Part shown: one piece after another, positions 1 to 10,856 of the stretch | Layout: every line of letters starts with the position of its first letter | How positions within the stretch are numbered: the stretch's first letter is position 1 | Source of the DNA: Candidatus Omnitrophota bacterium | GTDB lineage: Bacteria > Omnitrophota > Omnitrophia > Omnitrophales > Aquincolibacteriaceae | Direction of reading: 5' to 3' | DNA: 64,000 nt | Assembly (NCBI GenBank): GCA_018883425.1 | Contig: VFQY01000001.1 | Coordinates: 432 to 64,431, forward strand | The notes under the pieces: model-generated | What the model was told of the DNA's origin: nothing | The model's input: the letters and a program-made list of their open reading frames with translations, nothing else | Databases searched by the model: none | Position numbers and translations under genes: made by a program

Positions 1-2383
1 GCTCATAACTTTCCGCAATCACAGCCCGTATACCAAGCAGCGCGGGTCCCTTGGCCGCCCAGTCACGGGACGAACCGGAACCATATTCCTTTCCGGCAAT
101 CACAAGAAGCGGTGTCTTAGACGCGGCGTACTGCACAGAAGCATCGTAGATCGCAACCTTTTCTCCATCAGGCCAATGGCGGGTCCACCATCCTTCGGCG
201 CCGGGGACAAGCAGGTTCTTGAGCCGCACATTCGCAAAAGTTCCCCGGACCATAATCTCATGATTGCCGCGCCGCGCGCCGTAGGAATTAAAATCTCGAG
301 GCGGCACTCCGAGCGACTGCAGGTATTGCCCCGCAGGACTGTCCTTGGCGATGTTTCCAGCCGGGGAAATATGATCCGTCGTGACCGAGTCTCCCGCCAT
401 GACAAGCACACGCGCTCCCGAAATGTCGCAGAGAGGAGCGGGCTCCTTGGGCATCGCATCAAAGTAAGGAGCTTTCTTGATGTAGGTTGATTTTTCATCC
501 CAGGTGTAGGTATCCCCGGCCGGTGATTGAATCGCCTGCCACAGACTGTCGCCCGCGAAAACGTTTTCGTACTGCCGTTTGAACATGGCCGACTGCACCT
601 TGCCCATCGCTTCCTGAATTTCAGCGCTGCTCGGCCAGAGATCCTTCAGGTAGACGCTTTTTCCCGCAGCATCCGTTCCTATCGGCTCAGCGGTCAAATC
701 CATGTCAGCCGAGCCGGCTAGAGCATAAGCAACCACCAAGGGAGGCGAGGCCAAATAATTCGCACGCACCTGCGGGTTGACTCGCCCTTCGAAGTTGCGG
801 TTGCCGGACAGCACCGCCGCAGCCACAATGTCCTTCTCTTTCACAGCGCGGCTTACAGGTTCGGGCAAGGGACCCGAATTGCCGATGCAGGTTGTGCAGC
901 CGAAACCCACGACATGAAATTTCAGTTTTTCGAGGAAGGGCAGAAGTCCCGTTTCCTGGAGATAATCCACAACAACTTTGGAACCCGGAGCCAAACTGGT
1001 CTTGACCCAAGGCTTCACCGAAAGCCCTTTCTCGACCGCCTTTTTCGCGACAAGCCCTGCCGCGATGAGCACGGCGGGATTCGAAGTGTTCGTGCAGCTC
1101 GTAATCGCGGCGATCACAACTGCGCCGTCTTTCACTTCATACGAAGCGTCTCCGTCGCGCACAAGCGCTGTTCCGTCATCCTGAAGCAGCGGCTGAAAAG
1201 AAGTGCGGAACGAATCCCGAACTTTGCCCAAGGCCACACGGTCTTGAGGGCGCTTGGGACCAGCCAGACAAGGCTCGACGTCGGCCAAGTTTAATTCCAG
1301 CGTATCAGAAAAGAGAGGGTCCGGACTTCCAGGCTGTCTCAGAAGCCCCTGTTCACGGCAATAGATTTCAACCCTTTGGATTTGCTCCTCGGTCCGGCCC
1401 GTAAGACGCAAATAATTCAGCGTCTCGGCATCAATCGGGAAAAAACCCATCGTGGCGCCGTATTCAGGCGCCATGTTGGCAAGTGTGGCGCGGTCGGCAA
1501 GCGAAAGCTCATCGACCCCGGGACCGAAAAATTCCACAAACTTTCCGACGACTCCTTTTTTCCTCAGCATCTGCGTGACCGTCAAAACAAGATCGGTTGC
1601 CGTAATGCCTTCGCGCAGCTTGCCCGAGAACCTGAACCCGACCACCTCGGGAATCAGCATCGAACACGGCTGACCCAGCATGGCGGCTTCGGCTTCGATT
1701 CCGCCCACACCCCATCCCAAAACTCCAAGCCCGTTAATCATGGTCGTGTGCGAATCCGTTCCGACGAGAGAATCCGGATAAATGAGCGTTTCGGGACCAT
1801 TTTTTTTCGTGAAAACAACGTGGGCCAGATATTCCAAGTTGACCTGATGGACGATACCCGTGCCCGGCGGGACGACCTGGAAATCACGGAAAGCCTGCTG
1901 ACCCCAGCGCAAAAACTGATAGCGTTCCCGGTTGCGTTCATACTCAAGCGCGACGTTTTCACGGTACGCGGAATCGCTTCCGAAAGCATCCACCTGCACC
2001 GAGTGATCGATGACAAGATCCATCGGTTCGAGAGGATTAATTTTCGCGGGATCTCCTCCCATCAGACGGATGTGGTCGCGCATCGCGGCAAGATCGACAA
2101 CGACCGGGACCCCGGTAAAATCCTGAAGCAGGACACGGGCGGGTGTAAACGAGATCTCTTTTTCGGATTTGCGGGCGGGATCCCATTGGGCCAGCGCCTG
2201 GATATCCTCTTTACGGACAGACTTGCCGTCTTCGGTTCTGAGAAGATTTTCCAGAAGAATGCGTATCGAATACGGAATACGCGCCATCTGAAACCCCGCT
2301 TTTTCGAGGGCATCCAAACGAAAGAGGGTGAAGGTTTCACTGCCGATCTTGAGGGTCGACTTGGATTGAAAGCTGTTCATGAC
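1..2383 (-). CDS. acnA: Aconitate hydratase (aconitase A), partial; C-terminus lies beyond window start
   Basis: Reverse-complement translation starting at ATG 2383-2381 reads [30 protein letters not shown]... with [25 protein letters not shown] and CTNTSNP aconitase-family motifs. This frame has no stop to position 1, so it is not listed as an M-start ORF in the track. Confidence 0.9.
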
Positions 2384-2473
2384 GCTCCGGATTTTACCGG
2401 CCCCTGGAAGAGGCCGGACGCAATTGTTGGGACGCCGCCGCGGGCGTCCCGGTTGTTGTCGGGTATGAAACGG

Positions 2474-3418
2474 CTAAGGTTTCACCTGTGTCGTGCTGAT
2501 CTTCGCGCAGTTTTCCCGCACATGCTCCGCCGACACATGAAGCGCCTTACGCTGATCCTCGGTAATCGGAAGTTCGACAACCTCCAGAATTCCGGAACGG
2601 CCCAAACGGGCCGGAACCCCGCAGTAAACATCGCGGATTCCGTATTCTCCTGTCAAGTAGGCGCAAACCGGTATCACTTCCCGCGTGTCGCCGAGCACGG
2701 CGCGGACCATACGGACCGCCGAGGATGACGGCGCGTAATAAGCGCTTCCGGTCTTGAGATATTTTACGATTTCAGCGCCGCCGTCGCGGGTTCGCTGATT
2801 GATTTGCTCAATCTTATCGGCAGGCAGCAGCTCAGTCACCGGACGGCCCTGAACAAAGGTGTGCTGAGGCACAGGCACCATTTCGTCGCCGTGTCCGCCG
2901 AGCACCATCGCCTTGACATCCGCTGGTTTGCATCCCAAAGCCTCTGCGATGAAATAGGCACAGCGGGCCGAATCGAGCTCGCCGGCCATACCGAAGACGC
3001 GGCGGGTTTCAAAACCGGATTTTTTCCAGGCCAGATACGTCATCACATCCAGCGGATTTGTGACGGTGATGATCACCGCGCTGGGCGAGTACCGCGCGCA
3101 CTGTTCAACAATCCCGCCGACAATCTCGGCATTTTTAAAGAGGAGGTCATCACGGGTCATACCGGGTTTCCGAGCTAAACCGGCCGTGATCACAATCACG
3201 TCTGAATCCTGAGTATCCTCGTAGCGGTTGGTTCCCAAGATGGCTGTCGAAAATCCCTCGACCGGAGCGGATTCCATCATATCGAGCGCTTTGCCCTGCG
3301 GCAGCCCTTCGACGACGTCGATCAGAACCACATCCGCGATTTCTTTTTCCACGAGACGCTGAGCCGTCGTCGACCCGACGAAGCCTGCGCCCACAACAGT
3401 TACCTTAGGTTTTGCCAT
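2474..3418 (-). CDS. mdh: Malate dehydrogenase (LDH-like MDH family)
   Basis: MAKPKVTVVGAGFVGSTTAQ Rossmann N-terminus; ITAGLARKPGMTRDDL and GGHGDEMVP motifs typical of NAD-MDH. Confidence 0.9.
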   Translation of the reverse strand: MAKPKVTVVGAGFVGSTTAQRLVEKEIADVVLIDVVEGLPQGKALDMMESAPVEGFSTAILGTNRYEDTQDSDVIVITAGLARKPGMTRDDLLFKNAEIVGGIVEQCARYSPSAVIITVTNPLDVMTYLAWKKSGFETRRVFGMAGELDSARCAYFIAEALGCKPADVKAMVLGGHGDEMVPVPQHTFVQGRPVTELLPADKIEQINQRTRDGGAEIVKYLKTGSAYYAPSSSAVRMVRAVLGDTREVIPVCAYLTGEYGIRDVYCGVPARLGRSGILEVVELPITEDQRKALHVSAEHVRENCAKISTTQVKP

Positions 3419-3460
3419 GTTCTTATCTCCTTAAGAAGACCGCGCCAGGCGCGGAATGTT

Positions 3461-4567
3461 TTAACGTCCAGCTTTGGAAAGTTCCATTTTGCGGATGATG
3501 GCATCTCCCATTTCACGGGTCCCCACCGCAGTCGGATCATTCCGGCTGGCTTTCATATCGTAGGTGACGTCCTTGCCCTCGCGAATCACCTCTGCCACAG
3601 CCTGCTCGAGACGATCGGCCGAATCATGCTCTTCCAGGTAGCGGAGCATGAGAACCCCGGAGAGGATCATCGCCGTCGGATTAACCTTATTCAGACCCTT
3701 GTACTTCGGCGCAGACCCGTGCGTCGCTTCAAAAAGAGCTCCGTTGGATCCGATGTTGGCTCCAGGCGCGACTCCCAGACCTCCGATGAGACCTGCGCAG
3801 AGATCAGAAAGAATATCGCCGTAAAGATTGGGAAGCACCAGCACATCGTAAAGCTCCGGCGTTTGAACAAGCTGCATGCTCATGTTATCGACGATCCGGT
3901 CATCGAATTCGATGTCGGGATACTGCTTGGCAACTTCGCGCGCCACTTCAAGAAAAAGCCCGTCTGAAAACTTCATGATGTTGGCTTTGTGAACCGCGGT
4001 GACCTTCCTGCGCTTGTACTTGCGGGCATACTCAAACGCGTAGCGGACGATGCGTTCCGTCCCGAAAACCGAGATGGGCTTGATGCTGACGCCAGAATCC
4101 GGCCGGATCTTCTTGGCCGCATACCGGTTAATAAACTCAATGACTTCCTGACATTCTTTCGTGCCTTTCTGGAATTCAATACCGGCATAGAGGTCTTCGG
4201 TGTTTTCCCTCACAATCACCAGATCGATATTCTGATAGCGTGAACGGACGCCTTCGTAGCTCTTGCAGGGGCGCACGCAGGCATACATATCGAGTTCCTT
4301 GCGGAGGGCAACGTTGACAGAGCGGAATCCCGTGCCGACCGGCGTCGTGATCGGCGACTTGATGGCAATTTTATTTTTTCTGATCGATTCCAGCACACTG
4401 TCGGGCAGCGGCGTGCCGAGCTTGGCCATTACATCCACTCCAGCTTCCTGAACATCCCAACGGAATTGAACGCCGGTAGCTTCAAGACACTTGCGTGTCA
4501 CCTCGGCGAGTTCAGGACCGATGCCGTCTCCCGGAATAAGGGTAATATCGTAAGTCTTCATGACCAT
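3461..4567 (-). CDS. icd: Isocitrate dehydrogenase, NAD-dependent homodimeric type (isocitrate/isopropylmalate dehydrogenase family)
   Basis: [12 protein letters not shown]-terminus; [27 protein letters not shown] signature. Adjacent to acnA and mdh. Confidence 0.85.
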   Translation of the reverse strand: MVMKTYDITLIPGDGIGPELAEVTRKCLEATGVQFRWDVQEAGVDVMAKLGTPLPDSVLESIRKNKIAIKSPITTPVGTGFRSVNVALRKELDMYACVRPCKSYEGVRSRYQNIDLVIVRENTEDLYAGIEFQKGTKECQEVIEFINRYAAKKIRPDSGVSIKPISVFGTERIVRYAFEYARKYKRRKVTAVHKANIMKFSDGLFLEVAREVAKQYPDIEFDDRIVDNMSMQLVQTPELYDVLVLPNLYGDILSDLCAGLIGGLGVAPGANIGSNGALFEATHGSAPKYKGLNKVNPTAMILSGVLMLRYLEEHDSADRLEQAVAEVIREGKDVTYDMKASRNDPTAVGTREMGDAIIRKMELSKAGR

Positions 4568-4694
4568 CTCCTTGAAAAGTCGAGGGTAAAGTCCTCATGC
4601 TTGGGAGGGGGTCCCGAAGAGCACTTGACTTTAGGGGTTTTCATTGCAAAATAAGGCCGTCTTAATTCTTTCCTGCGAGAAGCGCGTATTTTAT

Positions 4695-5474
4695 ATGAAC
4701 ACAGAAAAAATTAAAAGCACCCTATTCGAAGCCTTGAAAAAGGCCGGATCCATCGCCCGCGAAGCGATCCACGCCCCCAAAGAAGTCCAGATTAAAGCCG
4801 AATACAGCATTGTCACCCAGACGGATATGGAATGCGACCGCGTGATCGTCGAAACAATCCGCCGGGAATTTCCGGATCACGCCTTCTTAACTGAGGAGTC
4901 CCCGGCAAGCGGCCATTCCTCATCGCGGTGGATTATCGATCCCATTGACGGCACCACCAATTTTGCTCACGGCTACCCGGTTTCCTGCGTCTCCATCGCG
5001 TTTGAATACGAGTCTCAGGTGCTCATGGGCGGGATCTTGGATCCGTTTCGGGACGAGCTTTTCTTTGCCGAGAAGAACCGAGGCGCCTTCATGAACGGCA
5101 AGCCCATCCGCGTGTCCGCAGTCTCAAAACTTACGGAAGCTCTCATCAGCACAGGCTTCCCCTACGATACCCGTCAGCACGTCGACGAATACCTTGCGGT
5201 TTTCAAACAGTTCCTGCTCGCCTCTCAGGGCGTACGCCGGGCCGGAGCTGCTGCGCTCGACCTTTGCTATGTCGCATGCGGCCGTTTCGACGCCTACTAT
5301 GAAAAAAATCTTCAGCCCTGGGATAAGGCCGCGGGTCTGCTGATCGTCGAGGAGGCCGGGGGAAGAATTTCTGACTATGCGGGAAATGCTCTCAAGCTCA
5401 CAGACCGCGCCAACCTCGCCTCGAATGGGGTCCTGCACGATTCGATGATGGCCGTCCTCCGGCCCTACGCCTGA
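4695..5474 (+). CDS. suhB: Inositol monophosphatase family protein (SuhB-like)
   Basis: FLTEES, WIIDPIDGTTNF and LDLCYVACGRFDAYYE motifs. Track ORF begins at 4644; ATG at 4695 (MNTEKIK) is the more likely start. Confidence 0.8.
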   Translation: MNTEKIKSTLFEALKKAGSIAREAIHAPKEVQIKAEYSIVTQTDMECDRVIVETIRREFPDHAFLTEESPASGHSSSRWIIDPIDGTTNFAHGYPVSCVSIAFEYESQVLMGGILDPFRDELFFAEKNRGAFMNGKPIRVSAVSKLTEALISTGFPYDTRQHVDEYLAVFKQFLLASQGVRRAGAAALDLCYVACGRFDAYYEKNLQPWDKAAGLLIVEEAGGRISDYAGNALKLTDRANLASNGVLHDSMMAVLRPYA

Positions 5475-6268
5475 GCAGAATTCTTTTTCTCAGACAATAT
5501 CTTTTCCAGAAAAGCTGCCGGTTTGTCCCAGTAATCCTCGCCAGCCTTGATGGGAAGATCGTTATGGCGCCCGTCGGCGATTGAAAAAAACTCCTTGGGA
5601 AGGGGCGCCTTTTCAAAAAGTTCTCCCGCCATGGCGTACGGGCAGATTTCATCTTCCATTCCGTGAAGAATGAACAGGGGTGCCTTGAGCCCTGCGATGT
5701 AATCTTCATTAGGGAAGGTGAAGTCACGGACGAGCGCCGAGGGCACGAAGGGATAGTGGATTTTGCCGAGATCCGCAAACGAAGTAAACGGGGCTTCGAG
5801 AATCACAGCCGCCGCGGAATGCTCAACGCCCAGGCGGATTGCCGGATGCGTCCCCAGAGATTCCCCGTAGAAAACAACTTTGGACAGAGGCCAGTTTTTT
5901 TCTTTCATGAGCCATTCAAGAGAGGCCTCAGCATCCCGCATCACATCGTCCTGATGCTCGATTCGTCCCTGGCTGGCGCCGTAGCCCCTGTAATCGACGA
6001 GACACACAGCGTATCCGCGCCGAACCCATCCGTCAGCTTTGGCAAGTCGGCCGGAAATATTTCCCGCGTTGCCGTGAAAAAAAAGCAGAACTGCTTTTGC
6101 GCCAGGAGCGGGAAGGTACCAGCCGTGCAGATCCACCCCGTCAGACGTGCGAATGAGCGCGTTCTCAAAAATCAGTCCGTAGTCGGCCGGTTTTTCATAA
6201 AAGGCCTTTTCCGGAAAAAAAATCATCGAAGCAATCATAAGTTTAAGCAATCCTTCCCAGAAATTCAT
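5465..6268 (-). CDS. Alpha/beta-hydrolase fold protein (serine hydrolase, GESLG nucleophile elbow) with N-terminal membrane anchor
   Basis: HGNAGN, YRGYGAS and GESLG motifs. Track ORF starts at 6337; start at MNFWEG (6268) is more likely. Confidence 0.7.
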   Translation of the reverse strand: MNFWEGLLKLMIASMIFFPEKAFYEKPADYGLIFENALIRTSDGVDLHGWYLPAPGAKAVLLFFHGNAGNISGRLAKADGWVRRGYAVCLVDYRGYGASQGRIEHQDDVMRDAEASLEWLMKEKNWPLSKVVFYGESLGTHPAIRLGVEHSAAAVILEAPFTSFADLGKIHYPFVPSALVRDFTFPNEDYIAGLKAPLFILHGMEDEICPYAMAGELFEKAPLPKEFFSIADGRHNDLPIKAGEDYWDKPAAFLEKILSEKKNSAQA

Positions 6269-6368
6269 CGCAAGGTCTCTCCGTGCAAGCTTAGTCAATC
6301 CGGCTTTAAAACTCAATGACAAACCCGCCCGTTGCAAAAGAACCGCGATCTTTCTAAACTAGGGGTCC

Positions 6369-7442
6369 ATGAAACCTCATTTACTTCATCCGCTGAGAAA
6401 AAAACTCCTTGCCTGGTACCGCTCGGAGGCGCGCAAACTCCCATGGAGGGAAACGCGGGATCCCTACGCAATCTGGGTTTCCGAGATTATGCTTCAGCAA
6501 ACCCAGGTCGATACCGTCATCCCGTATTACGGGCGCTGGCTTCAAAAGTTTCCGGATGTCCAAACCCTCGCAAGCGCGCCGCTCGAAGAAGTTCTGTCCG
6601 CCTGGGCCGGGCTGGGCTATTACCGCAGAGCCCGCAGCCTTCACCAGGCCGCTCAGCTCCTTGTGGAAAAACACGGCTCTAAAATGCCGCGCCAGGCCGC
6701 TCAACTCATCCTCCTGCCCGGCGTCGGCCGCTACACGGCCGGTGCCGTAGCCAGTATCGCTTTCGGAGAAAGGACTCCCCTCGTCGACGGAAATGTGATC
6801 CGGATCCTGACGAGAATTTTTGCCATTCCGCGCAGCACCGCCGAACCGGCAACCCAAAAAGAAATCTGGGCTCTTGCCGGCGCTCTGGTCCCGGACGGCA
6901 GTCCCGGCGATTTCAACCAGGCCCTGATGGAGCTGGGTGCAGTCCTCTGTACTCCCAGGAATCCGCTCTGCAGCGCTTGCCCTGTTGAGCGGCAATGCCG
7001 GGCAAGGGCTCTTGGAAATCCCACCCGCTTTCCTGTACAGCCGCGGCGCGTAAAAATTGAAAAAATCCGGAACTTTTCGCTCGTCCTGAATCAGCGCGAC
7101 AAAGTCTGGCTTCAGAAACAATCCGCAGAAGGGCGCTGGGGAGGTCTGTGGATGTTTCCTTTTTGGGATAACCTAAAATCGCTGCTGCAAGCCGCGGATG
7201 ACGCAGGAGGAGCCGCCCAAAAATGGTTCAGCCTGAAACACGGCTACACGAAATTTCAGATCCAGCTGGACGTTTATCATGCGGCGGTTTCCGCCGTTGC
7301 GCGCACATGCAAGCGCGGCACGAGCGGGCGATGGGTGCGGCTCGAGGAACTCAAGGGTTACGCACTGCCGGCGCCGCACCGTAAAATCGCGGAAAAACTA
7401 ACCGCCGGCTCTGCCCGGAAGGACCGATATGACGCAGCCTGA
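6369..7442 (+). CDS. mutY: A/G-specific adenine DNA glycosylase
   Basis: HhH-GPD superfamily: WYRSEARKLPWRETRDPYAIWVSEIMLQQTQV, LPGVGRYTAGA. 4Fe-4S cluster cysteines CTPRNPLCSACPVERQC. Confidence 0.85.
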   Translation: MKPHLLHPLRKKLLAWYRSEARKLPWRETRDPYAIWVSEIMLQQTQVDTVIPYYGRWLQKFPDVQTLASAPLEEVLSAWAGLGYYRRARSLHQAAQLLVEKHGSKMPRQAAQLILLPGVGRYTAGAVASIAFGERTPLVDGNVIRILTRIFAIPRSTAEPATQKEIWALAGALVPDGSPGDFNQALMELGAVLCTPRNPLCSACPVERQCRARALGNPTRFPVQPRRVKIEKIRNFSLVLNQRDKVWLQKQSAEGRWGGLWMFPFWDNLKSLLQAADDAGGAAQKWFSLKHGYTKFQIQLDVYHAAVSAVARTCKRGTSGRWVRLEELKGYALPAPHRKIAEKLTAGSARKDRYDAA

Positions 7443-8436
7443 TTCCTTCTCACAGGAAGAAACTCTTCTTTTTACACCGCTGCCTTGCGACGCTCTGCGC
7501 GTGCGGGGCAAAGACAGGGTAAGCGTTCTTCACCGCCTCCTCACTCAGGATATCCGCGCCCTGGCGCCGAACCTCGGAACGGAATCCGCACTCTTGAACG
7601 CCCGGGGCAAAGTGCTCGCCCTCATGAAAGTCGAAGCGTTTGGGGATTCTCTGCGCATTTCTGTCGAACAAGACTTCGGAAAAAAAACCCGTGAGGCACT
7701 TGAAAAACTCATCATCACAGAAGATGTCCAAATCGAAAGCGAGGAGAACCTCGTGCGGATCATCCTTACGGGCCGGCGGGCAAGAACGATACTCGAAACG
7801 GCTTTCTCGCTGTCCTTAGCCCCGCTGCGCTCCGAAAGGTTCTTTGACCTTGCCGAATTTTCGTGGGGCGGGAATGCCGCTGTCCTTGCGGAAATTCGGC
7901 CGGATTTTTTTGAAGTCCTCCTTCCGGCGTCCTCCGCCCCTTCCTTCGAAGAGCGTCTTGTCCAATCGGAACAGGCGGCGCAGCTCAGCTGCCGAGACCT
8001 CGGAGGCTGGGAAGTTTATCGAATCGAACACGGTCTGGCGAAGCTCGGCATCGACATCACGGAGGAAGACACACTTCCGGAAACCGGATTGGACGGAATT
8101 CTAGCGAGCGGCACCAAGGGCTGTTACCCCGGTCAAGAAGTTGTCGCAAGAACGAATACCTACAGCGGTCATGCAAAAAAGTTGCGGGTCCTCATGTTCA
8201 CATCGCAAAGGGTTCCCAACCCGGGCAGCCCGATCTTTTCAGGGGGCGGGGAAATCGGCCGAATTACAAGCTCCTGCTTTTCAGCACGGCAGCAGAAAAC
8301 CATGAGTTTTGCATATCTCAGGAGAGGGCACTTCGAAATCGGCAGCAAAACGTTTTTGACGATCAACGGCCTCGAGTCAGAGACGGCCGTGCTCGACCCG
8401 CGGGATTTGAGAAATCAATCGGGCCGCCAAGGCTGA
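7429..8436 (+). CDS. ygfZ: YgfZ/CAF17-like folate-binding protein (GcvT-domain, Fe-S cluster repair/tRNA modification family)
   Basis: GcvT-like aminomethyltransferase fold signatures, including a conserved C-terminal KGCYPGQE motif. Overlaps the mutY stop by 14 bp. Confidence 0.65.
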   Translation: MTQPDSFSQEETLLFTPLPCDALRVRGKDRVSVLHRLLTQDIRALAPNLGTESALLNARGKVLALMKVEAFGDSLRISVEQDFGKKTREALEKLIITEDVQIESEENLVRIILTGRRARTILETAFSLSLAPLRSERFFDLAEFSWGGNAAVLAEIRPDFFEVLLPASSAPSFEERLVQSEQAAQLSCRDLGGWEVYRIEHGLAKLGIDITEEDTLPETGLDGILASGTKGCYPGQEVVARTNTYSGHAKKLRVLMFTSQRVPNPGSPIFSGGGEIGRITSSCFSARQQKTMSFAYLRRGHFEIGSKTFLTINGLESETAVLDPRDLRNQSGRQG

Positions 8437-10856
8437 TAATCAGGCACGGCTGAACAAAGCGCTCTGAGAATCGCGTCCCGATCCGAGCCCAGGGATGCCT
8501 GCTTAAGAAGGAATTCCATCTTCTTGCGAAAATCAGCGTCTGTGACGGGGGCTTCCCAAATTTGAATCTTGGAGCATTCGGTCGGGATCAACCGCTCGCC
8601 TTTCATCTGGATCTCCTCTTCGAGTTTCTCGCCCGGCCTGAGACCGATGTAGCGGATGGGAATCTGATCCGGCGCGGCGCCCATGAGCTGCATAAGATTA
8701 CGGGCTAAATCGGCAATCCTCAGAGGGTCGCCCATGTCCAGAACGAAAATTCTTTTACCTCCGCCGATCCTGGAGGCCTCCAGGATCAAAAAAACCGCCT
8801 CCGAGATATCCATAAAATAGCGTTTGACGTCCGGATGCGTCACGGTGACCGGACCGCCCCTTTCAATCTGGGATCTAAAAAGCGGGACGACGCTGCCCCG
8901 GCTGTTGAAAACGTTTCCAAAACGGACTGCCATGAACTGGGTTTTTGCGGAGCTCATGGTCTGCAGATAAAGTTCTCCGATCCGCTTCGTGGCCCCCATC
9001 ACGCTCGAGGGACGAATCGCTTTATCCGTGGAAACCATCACGAATTTTTCCGATTCAAACTGGGCCGCCAAATCCGCAGCATTGCGGGTACCGAGCACAT
9101 TATTCAGGATACCCTCGGCAACATGATGCTCGAGAAGCGGCACATGTTTGTAGGCCGCGGCGTGATAGACGATCTCGGGACGATGACTGGAAAAAACTTT
9201 TTCAAGAGCGGCGCGGTCCCGAATATCCCGCAGATAAGGCACCACCCGAACCCCGGAAGCTGCCGATGCCGCAAGCTCCATTTCGATCTCATAAAGATTA
9301 CTTTCTGACTGATCGACCAAAACGATTTCATGCGGATGATGCTCGTGAATTCTGCGGGCAAGCTCCGACCCGATGGATCCGCCGGCCCCAGTAATGAGAA
9401 TTCGCTTCCCGGCCAGAAAGTTTTCAAGACGGCCCGCATCCGCTTTGACCAAACTTCTTCCGAGAAGGTCGGCGACATCGACTTCTTTGAGCTGGAGCGG
9501 CACGATCTGGGGGGGCAGAATGTTTGCCATGCGCGGCATGATGCGGCAGATCAGATCCAAGCGCCTCCCTTCGCTGAGAATGGTCTGGATCGTTTGTCCT
9601 GAGACCTCTGTCAGCGCAATGATCAAGGCCTCGGCTTTTTTGACCCGGGCAGCCTGCGTCAGGTGATTCAACCCCCCGAGAACTTTGATACCGTGAATGC
9701 GGACCCCCGCCTTGAGCGGGTCTTCATCCAGAATGCCGACCGGGCGGTAACCCAGGCCGGGCCTTTTCATCAACTCTCGGATCAAACGCTCGCCGGCGTC
9801 ACCCGCCCCGAGGATAAGCGTATTTTTCGACTTGTGTCCGGTGCGGGGAACGCGGAGACGCTCTGCCGTCACCTTAAAAAAAATACGTGAAAAGCCAAGC
9901 GCCAAAATCAGGATGAGCCAATCCAAAACCAGCGTGGATCGGGGCTGATAACCCGTCTGTGCCAAAAAACTTACGACAGGCAGGAGCAGAGAACCCGCCG
10001 TCACGGACTTGACGATCGCAATCAGTTCGGTCAGTCCCAGATATTGCCAAAGCGTCTGATAAAGTCCGAAAGAAACGTAACAAAACCCCCGGAGGATCAG
10101 CACCCAGGGCAGCATGGCCCAGAAAATGGCGAGCTGATCTTCGGGGACCTGATTTTCGAACCTCAGAAGAAAGGCAGCCGCGTAGGAGGCTGCGGCCAGC
10201 ACCAAATCAAACGCAAGAAAAGAAATTCTGCGCCGGCTTTCGAAGATATATCCCCATTTAAAAAAACCGGAAGTCAGAGCGGGCACGGCTCGGAAAACGA
10301 TTTTCAAATCCTTCAGGGGGTCCCGGCTTCGCACATAATCCAGATCGCACTGTATTTTTGCTTTCAGGATATGTTCCCGGTAAAAAGCTTCAATATCTCC
10401 GGTCTCGGGCAAAATTTTCTCTTCATCGCGCCAAAGAAGCTGCGATGAACCCAAAATGCCGGGCCTGGTTTCAAAAATTTCAGCGCGCTCGCTCTCCGCA
10501 TAAAGATCCATCATGCGGGGCACCTCGGGACGCGGCCCCACCAGGCTCATCTCGCCTAAAACCACATTGAAAAGCTGCGGAAGCTCATCCAGCTTTGACT
10601 TTCTTAGAACACGGCCGATCCTCGTAATCCGCACATCGTTCTTAGCCGTAATTTGTGCGCCGAGGGATTCAGCGTCTTCCACCATCGTACGGAATTTCCA
10701 AATCCAGAACACCTGACCTCTCCGCCCCACTCTCTCTTGCCGAAAAAAAACACTGCCCTCGGCATCAAGCTTGATGAGCAGCGCAGTCAAAATCATCAGC
10801 GGGGACAGAACCGCGAGAGCCGTCAGACTGACCGCAAAATCCAGAACTCTCTTCAT
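8415..10856 (-). CDS. Bifunctional fusion: N-terminal PglC/WbaP-type phosphoglycosyl transferase domain, a polytopic membrane segment, then a C-terminal PglF/WbpM/CapD-type UDP-sugar 4,6-dehydratase domain
   Basis: N-terminus MKRVLDFAVSLTALAVLSPLMILTALLIKLDAEGSVFFRQERVGRRGQVFWIWKFRTM...DELPQLFNVVLGEMSLVGPRP matches bacterial sugar transferases. After four predicted TM helices, RILITGAGGSIGSELARRI...VDQSESNLYEIEMEL...YHAAAYKHVPLLE matches Polysacc_synt_2 (CapD) dehydratases. Confidence 0.8.
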   Translation of the reverse strand: MKRVLDFAVSLTALAVLSPLMILTALLIKLDAEGSVFFRQERVGRRGQVFWIWKFRTMVEDAESLGAQITAKNDVRITRIGRVLRKSKLDELPQLFNVVLGEMSLVGPRPEVPRMMDLYAESERAEIFETRPGILGSSQLLWRDEEKILPETGDIEAFYREHILKAKIQCDLDYVRSRDPLKDLKIVFRAVPALTSGFFKWGYIFESRRRISFLAFDLVLAAASYAAAFLLRFENQVPEDQLAIFWAMLPWVLILRGFCYVSFGLYQTLWQYLGLTELIAIVKSVTAGSLLLPVVSFLAQTGYQPRSTLVLDWLILILALGFSRIFFKVTAERLRVPRTGHKSKNTLILGAGDAGERLIRELMKRPGLGYRPVGILDEDPLKAGVRIHGIKVLGGLNHLTQAARVKKAEALIIALTEVSGQTIQTILSEGRRLDLICRIMPRMANILPPQIVPLQLKEVDVADLLGRSLVKADAGRLENFLAGKRILITGAGGSIGSELARRIHEHHPHEIVLVDQSESNLYEIEMELAASAASGVRVVPYLRDIRDRAALEKVFSSHRPEIVYHAAAYKHVPLLEHHVAEGILNNVLGTRNAADLAAQFESEKFVMVSTDKAIRPSSVMGATKRIGELYLQTMSSAKTQFMAVRFGNVFNSRGSVVPLFRSQIERGGPVTVTHPDVKRYFMDISEAVFLILEASRIGGGKRIFVLDMGDPLRIADLARNLMQLMGAAPDQIPIRYIGLRPGEKLEEEIQMKGERLIPTECSKIQIWEAPVTDADFRKKMEFLLKQASLGSDRDAILRALCSAVPDYQPWRPD

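Noticed and set aside
1376-2728. 450-aa plus-strand ORF
   Set aside because: Antisense to the well-supported aconitase gene. Translation is Arg/Gly-rich with no family resemblance, typical of GC-rich antisense frames.
6381-7121. 246-aa minus-strand ORF
   Set aside because: Antisense to mutY (clear HhH-GPD and Fe-S motifs on the plus strand).
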